Positions 53,817 to 63,024 of a stretch of 64,000 nt of DNA are shown piece after piece. Both the position numbers and the translations under genes were made by a program. The notes under the pieces are model-generated. The model was not told the origin of the DNA. It did no database searches and worked only from the letters and a program-made list of their open reading frames with translations. The number at the start of each line of letters is the position of its first letter. Position 1 is the first letter of the stretch. This DNA is from an uncultured bacterium (GTDB lineage Bacteria > Verrucomicrobiota > Verrucomicrobiia > Limisphaerales > J093): the NCBI GenBank assembly GCA_963735925.1, contig CAVTMT010000009.1:283767-347766 (forward strand). Reading direction: 5' to 3'.

Positions 53817-54922
53817 AACAGCAACATCGCGTCGCCGTAGCTGAAGAAGCGATACCGCTCGCGCACCGCTTCAGCGTAGGCCGTCAGCACCAACTCCCGG
53901 CCGCGGGTTTTGCCCGGTGCGGCGAAGGCGCTCACGAGCATCAGGAGCGTCGATTCGGGAAGATGGAAATTGGTGAGCAAAGCGTCCACGATGCGGAAGC
54001 GCTGCGGCGGATAAACAAACAACCGGGTCCGACCGCGCGTCGCCTGGAGACTCGTCGGCGACATCGCGGCCGCGCTTTCCAGCACCCGCACCGAGGTGGT
54101 GCCCACGGCGATGACGCGCCGGCCTTCGCGTTTCGCGGCGCTGACCGAGGCCGCCGTCGCCGCCGACAGCTCAAAGACCTCTTCGTGCATGACGTGCTCC
54201 TCGATCCGGTCGGCCTTCACCGGCGCGAACGTGCCGAGGCCGACGTGCAGCGTGACGAAGCGGACCTCGACCCCCATGGCCGCCACCTGGGCCAGCAAAC
54301 CGGGGGTGAAGTGCAGCCCTGCCGTCGGCGCCGCCACCGAGCCGGGCGGGCGCGCGAAGACGGTTTGGTACCGCTCGCGATCCTCGGCCGAAGGCGGGCC
54401 GACCCGCCCGATGTAGGGCGGCAACGGGACTTCACCGAAGCGGTCGAGCACCTCGCGCACATCCGGCGGACCGCTGAACTGCAGCCGGCAATGCCCCTCG
54501 CCATTCTTCGCCAACACCGTCGCGCGCAACTCCGCGCCGTCCGTCTTCCCCGCGCCTCCCGCCTCGCGCCCGGGAACTTCGGGCGCGCGCGCCAACTCGA
54601 TCTTCGTGCCCGCCCGGATCCGCTTGCCGGGCCGGAGCATCGCCCACCAATCGTTCACGGCGTTTTCCTCGACCAGGAGCACTTCGACCTCGCCGCCGCT
54701 CTGCGGTTTGAACCCGCGCAGTCGCGCCGGGATCACGCGTGAATCGTTCAACACCAGCAGATCGCCGGGTCGCAGGTAGGCCGGTAAGTCGAGGAATTGC
54801 CGGTGTTCGATCCGGCCGGCGGAACGGTGGAACACGAGCAAACGCGACCCGTCGCGCTGCGGCGCGGGCGTTTGCGCAATCAGCTCCGGTGGCAGGTCGT
54901 AATGGAAATCGGCTCGTTCCAC
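53813..54922 (-). CDS. queA: S-adenosylmethionine:tRNA ribosyltransferase-isomerase
   Basis: DFHYDLPPELIAQTP start, AAPTAGLHFT, GTTSVRVLES. Confidence 0.95.
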   Translation of the reverse strand: MERADFHYDLPPELIAQTPAPQRDGSRLLVFHRSAGRIEHRQFLDLPAYLRPGDLLVLNDSRVIPARLRGFKPQSGGEVEVLLVEENAVNDWWAMLRPGKRIRAGTKIELARAPEVPGREAGGAGKTDGAELRATVLAKNGEGHCRLQFSGPPDVREVLDRFGEVPLPPYIGRVGPPSAEDRERYQTVFARPPGSVAAPTAGLHFTPGLLAQVAAMGVEVRFVTLHVGLGTFAPVKADRIEEHVMHEEVFELSAATAASVSAAKREGRRVIAVGTTSVRVLESAAAMSPTSLQATRGRTRLFVYPPQRFRIVDALLTNFHLPESTLLMLVSAFAAPGKTRGRELVLTAYAEAVRERYRFFSYGDAMLLL

Positions 54923-54974
54923 GCGCGCGAACGTACCACATCGGCGCCACGGCTGTCCGGCGTGGAATCGGCGA

Positions 54975-55302
54975 CACGACGAAAGCGAAACCGATGAGTT
55001 CCGCCGCGAAGTCTTTGCACCGACAACCGCGATACCGACCGCGGCTGGACGGTGGAATTGGCGTTACCCTGGACGGGCTGCCGGTGGCTGGCCACCGACG
55101 GACGTGCCGTTCCACCCCGAAACGGCGATGTCTGGCGAATGGACTTCTCCCGGTTCAACACCTACAAGGCGCCCCCCCGGCGAAGGATTCCGGCGGCTGG
55201 GTCTGGACGCGGCATGGGGTGTGGGATTCGCACATTCCCGAGTGTTTTGTGTTCGTGGAGTTCAGCACCAACAGCGTGAGCCCGCGCCGCGTCGGTCAGT
55301 GA
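54975..55302 (+). pseudogene. C-terminal relic of a CBM9/DOMON-like carbohydrate-binding protein, frameshifted
   Basis: DTDRGWTVELALPW..NGDVWRMDFSRFNTYKAPP in one frame continues as PAKDSGGWVWTRHGVWDSHIPECFVFVEFS in another. The switch is at a C7 run (55172-55178); one extra C would join the frames. No N-terminal part exists, because queA starts at 54922. Confidence 0.5.
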
Positions 55303-55521
55303 GGCGCCCTCCTGCGATCGAACGGACACCCAGAGGCTTTGGAATGGATCAGGGTTCCCCGCAGCACAACCGCTCGGCGCGATCATGACGCGACGGCTGC
55401 CTTCAGAGTTGCAGCGTGGGTTCGCCGTGCTGCGGCCTGTCCACGGTCTTCAGGCCCGCAAGCCTGCCGTTTTGGGCATGGCGCCAGCGCCGGACCGAGC
55501 CGGCCCAAAGGCCCCGCGCGA

Positions 55522-56202
55522 CTACTCCAGCATCGGCGCAATCCGGCTCGCCACCTGGGCAGCTTCGGCGGCGATGCCTTGGGCGTTGAAGTGCACCCCG
55601 TCCGCCGACCAGTATTCGGGATGGTCTTTCACCAGCCCATACAGATCGTCCACGGCGATCCTCTCTCCGGCCACGATCGCCTCGGCGATCTTGTTCCTGG
55701 CCTGCACCCGCTTGGTGTCCTCGGCGATCACGTCCAGCTTGCCCGCTTGCCGCACGGGCGTGATCGTCGCCCAAATCAGCTTGGCCTGCGGGGCGTGCGT
55801 GCGGATCGTTGCCACGAGTTCGGGGAAATGCTTGCGGTATTCCTCCTCGGTGTAGCCCCAGCCGTGGAGGCCGTTGTTGAAATGGACCACATCGAAGCGG
55901 CACTGGTCGAGCACGAGCGCCACCTCCGTCAGCAGCACCGGGTCACCGATGGACTTCGAGGTGCTCAAGCGGGCCACCGAGGCCTTGCCTTTCAACGCCT
56001 CCTCGACTTTCGGCCCGTAACCGCCCGTGATCGAATCGCCGATCAGAAGGACTCGCGGTAGTCTGGTTTCATTGGCTTCAGGAATCCAGACGTTGCACCA
56101 CTCGATGGCCTCGCGGGCGACGTGAGGTGGCTCAGCGGGGATCGCCAGGTTGGCTCCGATTGCCCCTACCAACGCCAGACAGTAACGGAACAAGCGTTTC
56201 AT
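55522..56202 (-). CDS. SGNH/GDSL-family hydrolase, secreted
   Basis: Signal MKRLFRYCLALVGAIGA, block I LLIGDSITGG, block III HFNNGLHG, block V DGVHFN. Confidence 0.85.
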   Translation of the reverse strand: MKRLFRYCLALVGAIGANLAIPAEPPHVAREAIEWCNVWIPEANETRLPRVLLIGDSITGGYGPKVEEALKGKASVARLSTSKSIGDPVLLTEVALVLDQCRFDVVHFNNGLHGWGYTEEEYRKHFPELVATIRTHAPQAKLIWATITPVRQAGKLDVIAEDTKRVQARNKIAEAIVAGERIAVDDLYGLVKDHPEYWSADGVHFNAQGIAAEAAQVASRIAPMLE

Positions 56203-56249
56203 CTTTCGGCAAAAGTACCCTGGGGCCGCGCGGTTTCCTAGCCGAACCG

Positions 56250-56552
56250 CTACCGTTTTGATAAGGACCGGTTGCCACCGTCGCGACGGCTGGAAGAGGC
56301 ATTCCACGGGTACCGCCGTCTTTCGGCCTTCAACCGTTCGAGGATCGGTCGCAACGCGGTCGGCATCGGGATGGAGGAAGCCCGGTCTTCACCGCCTTTG
56401 GGGCTGGGGAAGGTAATCTTGTTCTCTCGAAGGACCACGCAGTCCAGGGCAATCCGTGTTTCACGCCGACGGCACCCGGTGTGCAAGGCGATGGCGAACG
56501 ACTCTTGCATCCACTCCGGTTCGTTCAGAAGGGAGCGGCGGATCTTGACCAA
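56250..56552 (-). pseudogene. tyrosine recombinase catalytic-domain fragment
   Basis: FAIALHTGCRRRETRI..L.ENKITFPSPKGGEDRA.SIPMPTALRPILERL matches the box I (Arg) region of integrases. The HxxR/Tyr region is missing, and the fragment is squeezed between two intact genes. Confidence 0.55.
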
Positions 56553-56631
56553 TTACTCGTCCGTGATCCCGGGCTTCTCCGCAGGATTGATCTCCGCGGT
56601 GGGATCAACACCTGACGCCAGTGGTCCTGCG

Positions 56632-58110
56632 TCAAGGCCCCAGGCCCCGGCTGACTCTGCGGAAGTGGTGGCCGTAGATCGACAGGGTGACGGCTAGTGA
56701 CAACTGGGAGGGGCGGCGGAGGAAGGTCCAGATCAACAAGCCCCAGTAGTGGAAGCGCTCGCGACCCAGGACGCCGAGGCGGAGGTTGGCATGCGCAAAC
56801 GCTCTGAGCGATTGCCAGTTGTATGCCCGGCTGATCTTCGGTGTCCGGTATTCGCGCAGTAGCGTGCGAATCCGCTCGTAGTACGGCCCGGGCGAGTACA
56901 GGTATTCCATCAGGCGCTGGTAACCCTGGCGCAGGGTTTCCCGATTCATCCGGGAAATGAAGTTGGTGGTCCCGTCAACATTGTCTCCGGTCGTGTGACC
57001 GAGAAGACGCCGCTCGCGATTGAGTCGTTGGTGGAGCTTCGTGCCGGGCATGGCCTGCAGCAGGCCGACCATCGCGGTGACAATGCCGCTCTGCTGGATG
57101 AACTCGAACTGCCGCTGGAAGATCGCGGGCGTGTCGTTGTCGAATCCGACAATGAACCCGCCCTGCACCTCCAGGCCTGCGCGTTGGATGCGTTTCACGT
57201 CGGCCACCAGGTCGCGGCCGCGATTCTGGCGCTTGTTGCACTCGGCCAGGCTCGCCTCCTCGGGAGTCTCGATGCCGACGAATACCTGGTTGAATCCGGC
57301 CTCGACCATCAACCGCATCAGATCCTCATCGTCGGCGAGATTGATGGACGCCTCGGTGAAAAACGGGGTGCCCGGCTTCCCTTGCTGCCACTGAATCAGC
57401 GCCGGCAGCAGTTCCTCCCTCAGCGCCCGTTTGTTGCCGATGAAATTGTCATCGACGAAGAAGATTGCGCCGCGCCAGCCGAGCCGATAGAGGCTGTCCA
57501 GTTCGGCGATCACCTGGGCAGGAGTCTTGGTGCGGGGCCGATGGCCGAACATCGAAGTGATGTTGCAGAACTCGCAGTCGAACGGGCAGCCGCGCGAGTA
57601 TTGCAGGCTCATCGAGGCGTACTGCCGCAGGTCCGCCAGTTCCCACAACGGCGCCGGCGTCAGGCGGACGTCGGGGAACCCCGCCGACGCATACACAGGC
57701 CGCGCACGGCCCCCTTCCAGGTCGCGCAGGAATTCCGGCAGCGTCGCCTCCGCCTCGTTCAGCACGAAATGGTCAACCTCGGGAAACTGTTCGGGCTCGA
57801 GCGTGAACAGCGGCCCGCCCGCCACGATGGTTTTGCCCGCCGTCCGGCAGCGCGCGATCAATTCGCGCGCCGAGTTTCGCTGGGCGATCATCCCGCTGAT
57901 GAACACGAGGTCGGCCCACGCCAGGTCGGTTTCGCGCAGCTTGCGCACGTTCAGATCCACCAGGCGTTTCGCCCACCCAGGCGGCAGCATCGCCGCCACC
58001 GTCAGCAGACCAAGCGGCGGCAACGAGGCGGACTTGTGGATGAACTTCAGGGCGTGTTTGAAACTCCAAAACGTGTCCGGCAACTCGGGGTAGAGCAGCA
58101 AAACATTCAT
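56632..58110 (-). CDS. B12-binding-domain radical SAM protein with DUF4070-like C-terminus
   Basis: N-terminal cobalamin-binding-like region (LLYPELPDTFWSF..PLGLLTVAAML) and radical SAM motif GCPFDCEFC. Confidence 0.9.
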   Translation of the reverse strand: MNVLLLYPELPDTFWSFKHALKFIHKSASLPPLGLLTVAAMLPPGWAKRLVDLNVRKLRETDLAWADLVFISGMIAQRNSARELIARCRTAGKTIVAGGPLFTLEPEQFPEVDHFVLNEAEATLPEFLRDLEGGRARPVYASAGFPDVRLTPAPLWELADLRQYASMSLQYSRGCPFDCEFCNITSMFGHRPRTKTPAQVIAELDSLYRLGWRGAIFFVDDNFIGNKRALREELLPALIQWQQGKPGTPFFTEASINLADDEDLMRLMVEAGFNQVFVGIETPEEASLAECNKRQNRGRDLVADVKRIQRAGLEVQGGFIVGFDNDTPAIFQRQFEFIQQSGIVTAMVGLLQAMPGTKLHQRLNRERRLLGHTTGDNVDGTTNFISRMNRETLRQGYQRLMEYLYSPGPYYERIRTLLREYRTPKISRAYNWQSLRAFAHANLRLGVLGRERFHYWGLLIWTFLRRPSQLSLAVTLSIYGHHFRRVSRGLGP

Positions 58111-59147
58111 GGTGTCCGCTGCCGGCGAGCGGATCGCAGGCAGCCGTAGCCCACCAACTCCTGGCGTTGTTCATCCCAGAGTCGGAAGGTGAGCGATTTC
58201 AGGCTCGAGAACAGCGTGACCGGTTTCACCGTCTGAAACAGCGGGACCGCCTCCTGGCACCGGGCCAGGTTGTAGTTCGGGATCCGCGGACTCAGATGAT
58301 GGATGTGATGGAACCCAATGCTGCCGGTGAACCATTGCAGGACCTTGGGCAGCTTGTAGAAGGAACTGCCCTGCAGCGCCACCGTGGTGTAATCCCATTC
58401 GTCGCGGCGCGCCCAGTGTACACCTTCGAACTGATGCTGCACGTAGAAGAGCCACACGCCAGCCGAGCCCGCCACCGCCATCACCGTCAACTGGATCAAC
58501 ACGTAAGCCTCGAAACCGAGAATCCAGCTCAGCGCGGCAGCCAAAGCCAGGATCCCCAGGTTCGTCGCCTGAACAGAGCGACGCTCCCGGGGTGGGGCGT
58601 GGGCCGAGGCGAAGCGCTGCTTGACCAGGAACAGGAACACCGGTGCCAGCACGAAGAGCACGACGGGATTCCGGGCCAACCGGTAGGCGAACCGCTTCCA
58701 GCGGGACGACTCCAGATACTCCTGCACCGTCAACGTCCACACATCTCCCAAGCCGCGCCGGTCCAGGTTGCCGGCCGTCGAATGATGCAGGGCATGTTCC
58801 CAGCGCCAGTGATAGTACGGCGTGAAGGTCAAAACTCCCGTGATGAAGCCCACGATGTCCGCTGCCCTTTGCGACTTGAAGAAAGAACCGTGGCCGCAGT
58901 CGTGGAAAATGATGAAGACCCGTACCTGGAAACCGGCCGCCAGGACCGCCAGCGGCAACGTGAGCCAATAGGACACGGCCAGACTGCGGTACATCAGGTA
59001 CCAGAGGAGCGCGTACGGAACGAGCGTGTTCACCAACTGCCAGACGCTCCGTCCGACGGAGGGCGTTTGATAGGGGGCGACGAGCGTTTTCCAAGTCATC
59101 GACGTGGCCGGCCCGTCGCCGCGGGAGGATCCAGAATCCGGTTTCAT
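58107..59147 (-). CDS. membrane fatty-acid desaturase
   Basis: Three histidine boxes: HDCGH, HALHH (in HWRWEHALHHS) and HHIHH. ATGA overlap with the radical SAM gene. Start chosen at MKPDSG; the open frame extends to 59237. Confidence 0.88.
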   Translation of the reverse strand: MKPDSGSSRGDGPATSMTWKTLVAPYQTPSVGRSVWQLVNTLVPYALLWYLMYRSLAVSYWLTLPLAVLAAGFQVRVFIIFHDCGHGSFFKSQRAADIVGFITGVLTFTPYYHWRWEHALHHSTAGNLDRRGLGDVWTLTVQEYLESSRWKRFAYRLARNPVVLFVLAPVFLFLVKQRFASAHAPPRERRSVQATNLGILALAAALSWILGFEAYVLIQLTVMAVAGSAGVWLFYVQHQFEGVHWARRDEWDYTTVALQGSSFYKLPKVLQWFTGSIGFHHIHHLSPRIPNYNLARCQEAVPLFQTVKPVTLFSSLKSLTFRLWDEQRQELVGYGCLRSARRQRTP

Positions 59148-59638
59148 GGCGCGCGCCTGCCTTTCGGCAGATTCCCAAGGGCGGGCGCCCACGATGAACG
59201 TCGGCGATGCATGAAGCCACGATAAGTGGGGCGCCATGCGGGCGCCATGGGGTGTTTACCCCATCGAGTCCGCGGCCTCAAAATCCGGAGTGGGTCCAAC
59301 CGTTTTCCGGCCAACCCATATTGGTCTTCCCCGGTCGCGGCAGGCGGTCTCCAACGCGTCATCGGTGGCTGCCATATCAATCGCTGCGCCGGATACGTTC
59401 CTCCTCTCGCCTGGACGGCGTTCCGTTCCGTCGCCCGTGGCGTTCCAGCGTGGCGGGTCGGGCCCGGGCGTTGACCGCTCAATCGGCCACCGTGAATCAA
59501 ATACGCGGCTTGCCGGCCCGCGTCTGCCCTCTGAAACCTCGGGAGGCTGGTGCAGGTTTCCAGCGCCACCGGCAGAATGTAATTGTTCCGTCCCGCCATA
59601 TGCCTTAGGACTTCGCCAACTTTTACGAAAGGAAACCT

Positions 59639-60250
59639 ATGTTCGCGATCCTGACCTCACTGGTGGTGCTCCTGGTTTTGCTGGTGCCGTTGTTTCTGAT
59701 CGGCGTGTTCCTCATCGGCGCCTACAACCGGTTGGTCGCGCTGCGCAACCGCTACAAGAACGGCTATTCGCAAATCGACGTCCAGCTCAAGCGCCGGTAC
59801 GACCTCATCCCGAATCTCGTCGAAACCGCGAAGGGCTACCTCAAGCACGAGCGTGGCACGCTGGAAGCCGTGGTCGTCGCCCGCAACGCCGCCTCGGCGG
59901 CCAACCAGCGCGCCGCCAGCAATCCCGGCGACGCCGCAACCATGAAGGAACTGATCTCCGCGGAATCCGGACTGACCGGGGCGCTGGGGCGGCTGTTCGC
60001 GGTGGCCGAGGCCTATCCCGATCTCAAGGCCAACCAGACGATGGCTTCGCTGATGGAGGAACTGACTTCCACGGAGAACAAGGTCGCCTTCGCCCGCCAG
60101 GCCTTCAATGACTCCGTGATGGTCTATAACACGGCGCGGGAGACGTTTCCCACCAACATCGTTGCGGGCATGTTCAACTTCCTCGCCGCGGAGTTGTTCG
60201 TCCTCGACAAGCCCGAAGAACGCGAGGCCCCGAAGGTTTCCTTCGCCTGA
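59639..60250 (+). CDS. lemA: LemA family protein
   Basis: N-terminal TM helix, then YNRLVALRN..QIDVQLKRRYDLIPNLVETAKGY and FNDSVMVYN. Confidence 0.92.
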   Translation: MFAILTSLVVLLVLLVPLFLIGVFLIGAYNRLVALRNRYKNGYSQIDVQLKRRYDLIPNLVETAKGYLKHERGTLEAVVVARNAASAANQRAASNPGDAATMKELISAESGLTGALGRLFAVAEAYPDLKANQTMASLMEELTSTENKVAFARQAFNDSVMVYNTARETFPTNIVAGMFNFLAAELFVLDKPEEREAPKVSFA

Positions 60251-60318
60251 GGCGGCACGGGTTTCAGGAAACCGCGCGGCCGGCGACCGGTCCGCCGCAC
60301 TTCGGATCATCCGCCGTC

Positions 60319-62274
60319 ATGGATTTCTTCGACCGACAGGACCGCGCCCGGCGCCACACGAAGCGCCTGGTGTTCTATTTCGCACTTGCCCTCGCGTCCA
60401 CGGTGGTGGCGGTTTATCTCGCGTTTGCGTTGGCATTTCGCTTGCGACCGGAGCACGGGGACGTCTGGAAGCAGCTCTGGGATCCCACCCTGTTTGCAGG
60501 GGTGACCGCCGGCACGACGTTCGTCATCCTGCTGGGGAGCCTGGTGAAGATCATGGAGCTGAGCCGCGGCGGCTCGGCCGTGGCGGCCATGCTGGGCGGC
60601 ACGCCCGTCAACCCGAACACTACGGACCCGGACGAACGCAAACTCCTGAACGTGGTCGAGGAAATGGCCCTGGCCTCCGGCGTGCCCGTGCCGCAGGTGT
60701 ATCTGCTCCGGAACGAGGAAGGCATCAATGCCTTTGCCGCCGGCTTGAAGAGCGAGGACGCCGCGGTCGGGGTCACCCGCGGTTGCATCCGGTTGTTGAA
60801 CCGCGACGAATTGCAGGGGGTCGTCGCCCATGAATTCAGCCACATCCTCAACGGCGACATGCGGCTGAATCTGCGGCTGATCGGCATCGTGAATGGCTTG
60901 CTGGTGCTGGCGATCATCGGCCGCCAGATGCTTTACGTGCGCTCCAGCGGCCGTTCCCGCGACGGCAAGGGCGGCGATCCGCTGCCCTTCATCGGCCTGG
61001 CCCTTGTCCTCATCGGGGGCATCGGGATGTTTTTCGGGCGGCTCATCAAGAGCGCGGTGTCGCGTCAGCGCGAGTTTCTGGCCGACGCGGCGGCCGTACA
61101 GTTCACGCGGAACCCGGCGGGTCTGGCCGGCGCGTTGAAGAAGATCGGCGGTCTGGCGGCGGGTTCCCGGCTCGAGAATCCCAAGGCCGAGGAGGCCAGC
61201 CACCTCTTCTTCAGCAACGGGCTGGCGGAATCGTGGTTCGCCCTGTTCTCGACCCACCCGCCGCTGGCGGATCGCATCCGCGCCTTGGACCCGCAGTTCG
61301 ACGGTGCGTTCCCGGGGGTTGGCGGCCCCGCGCTGCGTCCGCCAAGCGAACGCGGTTTTGCCCGTGACGAGCCGGATGCGGCGTTGCCCGGCGCGTCCGA
61401 CCTGGCCGGTTATCAGGTTCCGCTGCCCACGCCCTTCCCGGCCGTGACGGTGACGGCGAACGCGATGATGGCCCGTGCCGGCTCGCCTTCGCACCAGCAT
61501 TTGCGCTACGCCGCGGCGCTGCGCGAACGCCTGCCTGTGGAACTGCTCGAGGCGGCGCACGAACCGCTGAGCGCTGCCGGTGTGGTATTGTCGTTGGTGC
61601 TCAGTCGCGAGGCGAGCTGGCGCCAACAGCAATTGGATTCGCTGGACATGCTCGTGCGCGAGCAGTTTCTCGCGGGGCTGCCGGAGATCGTGGCGGCGGT
61701 CGATACGCTCGAAGCGCGGGATCGTCTGCCTTTGGTGATGCTGGCGCTGCCGGCGCTCCACCACCTCTCGCCGGCGCAGTTACAGAGCTTCGCCCAGTTG
61801 CTCCAACAGCTTGTGGAAAGCGATCAGGAAATCGACCTCTTCGAGTACGCCCTCCAACGCCTGGTCCGAAGGCACCTGGCGCCGCTCTACGAACCCGGGG
61901 CGCGGCCGGTCGCGCAATTCTACGCGCTGCGCCCCTTGCTGCGCGATTGCGCGGTCGTGCTCTCCGCGCTGGCCTACCAGGGCAACGAAAACCGGTCCCT
62001 GGTCGAGGCTGCCTTCGCGCAGGGCGCCGTCACGCTGAACGGTACGGGCGGACAGCTCGTCCTGCTGGCGCCCGAAGCCTGCGACCTGGCGCAAATCGAC
62101 GCCGCGCTCGAACGACTGGCGCTCGCTTGCCCCGCGCTGAAGCGCCAGATCCTCCAAGCCTGCGCCGAAACGGTGGCAGCCGACGGCCAGATCGCCCTGC
62201 GCGAGGCGGAACTATTGCGGGCCATCGCCGACGGTCTGGACTGCCCCATCCCGCCCTTCATCGAGGGCGTCTGA
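60319..62274 (+). CDS. M48-family (HtpX-like) zinc metalloprotease with about 300-aa C-terminal extension
   Basis: HEFSHILNGD zinc motif and a downstream REFLADAAAVQFTR glutamate region. The C-terminus ends in a TerB/DjlA-like ADGQIALREAELLRAIADGL motif. Confidence 0.88.
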   Translation: MDFFDRQDRARRHTKRLVFYFALALASTVVAVYLAFALAFRLRPEHGDVWKQLWDPTLFAGVTAGTTFVILLGSLVKIMELSRGGSAVAAMLGGTPVNPNTTDPDERKLLNVVEEMALASGVPVPQVYLLRNEEGINAFAAGLKSEDAAVGVTRGCIRLLNRDELQGVVAHEFSHILNGDMRLNLRLIGIVNGLLVLAIIGRQMLYVRSSGRSRDGKGGDPLPFIGLALVLIGGIGMFFGRLIKSAVSRQREFLADAAAVQFTRNPAGLAGALKKIGGLAAGSRLENPKAEEASHLFFSNGLAESWFALFSTHPPLADRIRALDPQFDGAFPGVGGPALRPPSERGFARDEPDAALPGASDLAGYQVPLPTPFPAVTVTANAMMARAGSPSHQHLRYAAALRERLPVELLEAAHEPLSAAGVVLSLVLSREASWRQQQLDSLDMLVREQFLAGLPEIVAAVDTLEARDRLPLVMLALPALHHLSPAQLQSFAQLLQQLVESDQEIDLFEYALQRLVRRHLAPLYEPGARPVAQFYALRPLLRDCAVVLSALAYQGNENRSLVEAAFAQGAVTLNGTGGQLVLLAPEACDLAQIDAALERLALACPALKRQILQACAETVAADGQIALREAELLRAIADGLDCPIPPFIEGV

Positions 62275-62385
62275 GCGACGACGCGACGGAGACGAACCGG
62301 CGAGGGGCCGGCGAAACCACGAGCGGGCAGAGGTCGGGCAACCAAAGGGGGGACGCGAAGCGGTCCACGCCTCGCACGGCGCGCG

Positions 62386-62883
62386 TCAGGCGATCTGCAG
62401 CCGGGGGTCGGTTTGCAGGAGCGTCGCCAGGTTGGGCCATTCCACGCCGCTGGTGGCGTTGATGGCGTTGAGATATACCATCACCTTTTCCTGCGGGTGC
62501 CTGGCCAGGAGGCCCTCGACGGCCGCCTTGAGCTTCTCGTCATCCACCGTGGCTGGAAACTCCTCGACCACGCCTTGGTCGTGCTTGATCCCGAGCGCAT
62601 CCAGGAAATCGCACAGCATGGCCGTCTGGGCCTTGAGCAACCAGCCGCGCAGCAGACTGGCGGCCGCCTCCTCCATGCGCGGGCGTCCGAGGACCCCGAT
62701 CATGTCCGCGTGGCGTTGGACGCGAGGCTTTCGCTCCAAAAACGCCGGCCGCACGCGGTTGGCTTCGGCGACGGCGGCAAGGACCACGCGGTAGAGCGGC
62801 TTGTCGGAATGGTAGGCGAACTCCAGGATCTCCTGCGAGAGCGCGGGCGGCATGAAGCCGACCAATTCGTAGCATTTCAGCAT
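62386..62883 (-). CDS. hypothetical protein
   Basis: 165 aa from MLKCYELVGF. The upstream two thirds of the 437-aa track ORF are antisense to plsY and low-complexity. Confidence 0.55.
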   Translation of the reverse strand: MLKCYELVGFMPPALSQEILEFAYHSDKPLYRVVLAAVAEANRVRPAFLERKPRVQRHADMIGVLGRPRMEEAAASLLRGWLLKAQTAMLCDFLDALGIKHDQGVVEEFPATVDDEKLKAAVEGLLARHPQEKVMVYLNAINATSGVEWPNLATLLQTDPRLQIA

Positions 62884-63024
62884 AAGTGAGGCAGACGCCC
62901 CGTCGCGGCCCTTTGGGCAGGCGAGAACGCGTGCATCGCGATACTGATCCGGCCTCCCGTTAGCAAGGCTTTTCTTCGTGCTGCTCCTCGCGCCGGCCTC
63001 GGCCGAGCCCGGCCCGGAACGCGC

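Noticed and set aside
6564-56200. Whether the DNA between the two integrase relics is one large genomic island or prophage.
   Set aside because: It contains dnaE, pdxA, bioB, rdgB, queA and lol-type genes at normal density. I saw no phage structural, conjugation or replication-module genes.
6226-56552. The idea that the two integrase fragments (N-terminal at 6.2 kb on plus, catalytic at 56.3 kb on minus) are halves of one gene split by a 50-kb inversion.
   Set aside because: Together they cover only about 175 of the 350-400 residues expected, and the middle and C-terminal catalytic parts are missing. Undoing an inversion at the tRNA-like cores does not restore the tRNA or the N-to-C order. 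The intervening DNA is core chromosome with no other sign of rearrangement.
59148-59638. ORFs in the 490-bp spacer between the desaturase and lemA (59144-59599 minus, 59207-59608 and 59236-60111 plus), and the short repeat GGGCGCCATG x2 at about 59229-59249.
   Set aside because: The translations are low-complexity with no motifs and overlap one another, so the region is best read as a divergent promoter/UTR. The repeat is short and lies in the optional N-terminal extension of the desaturase frame.
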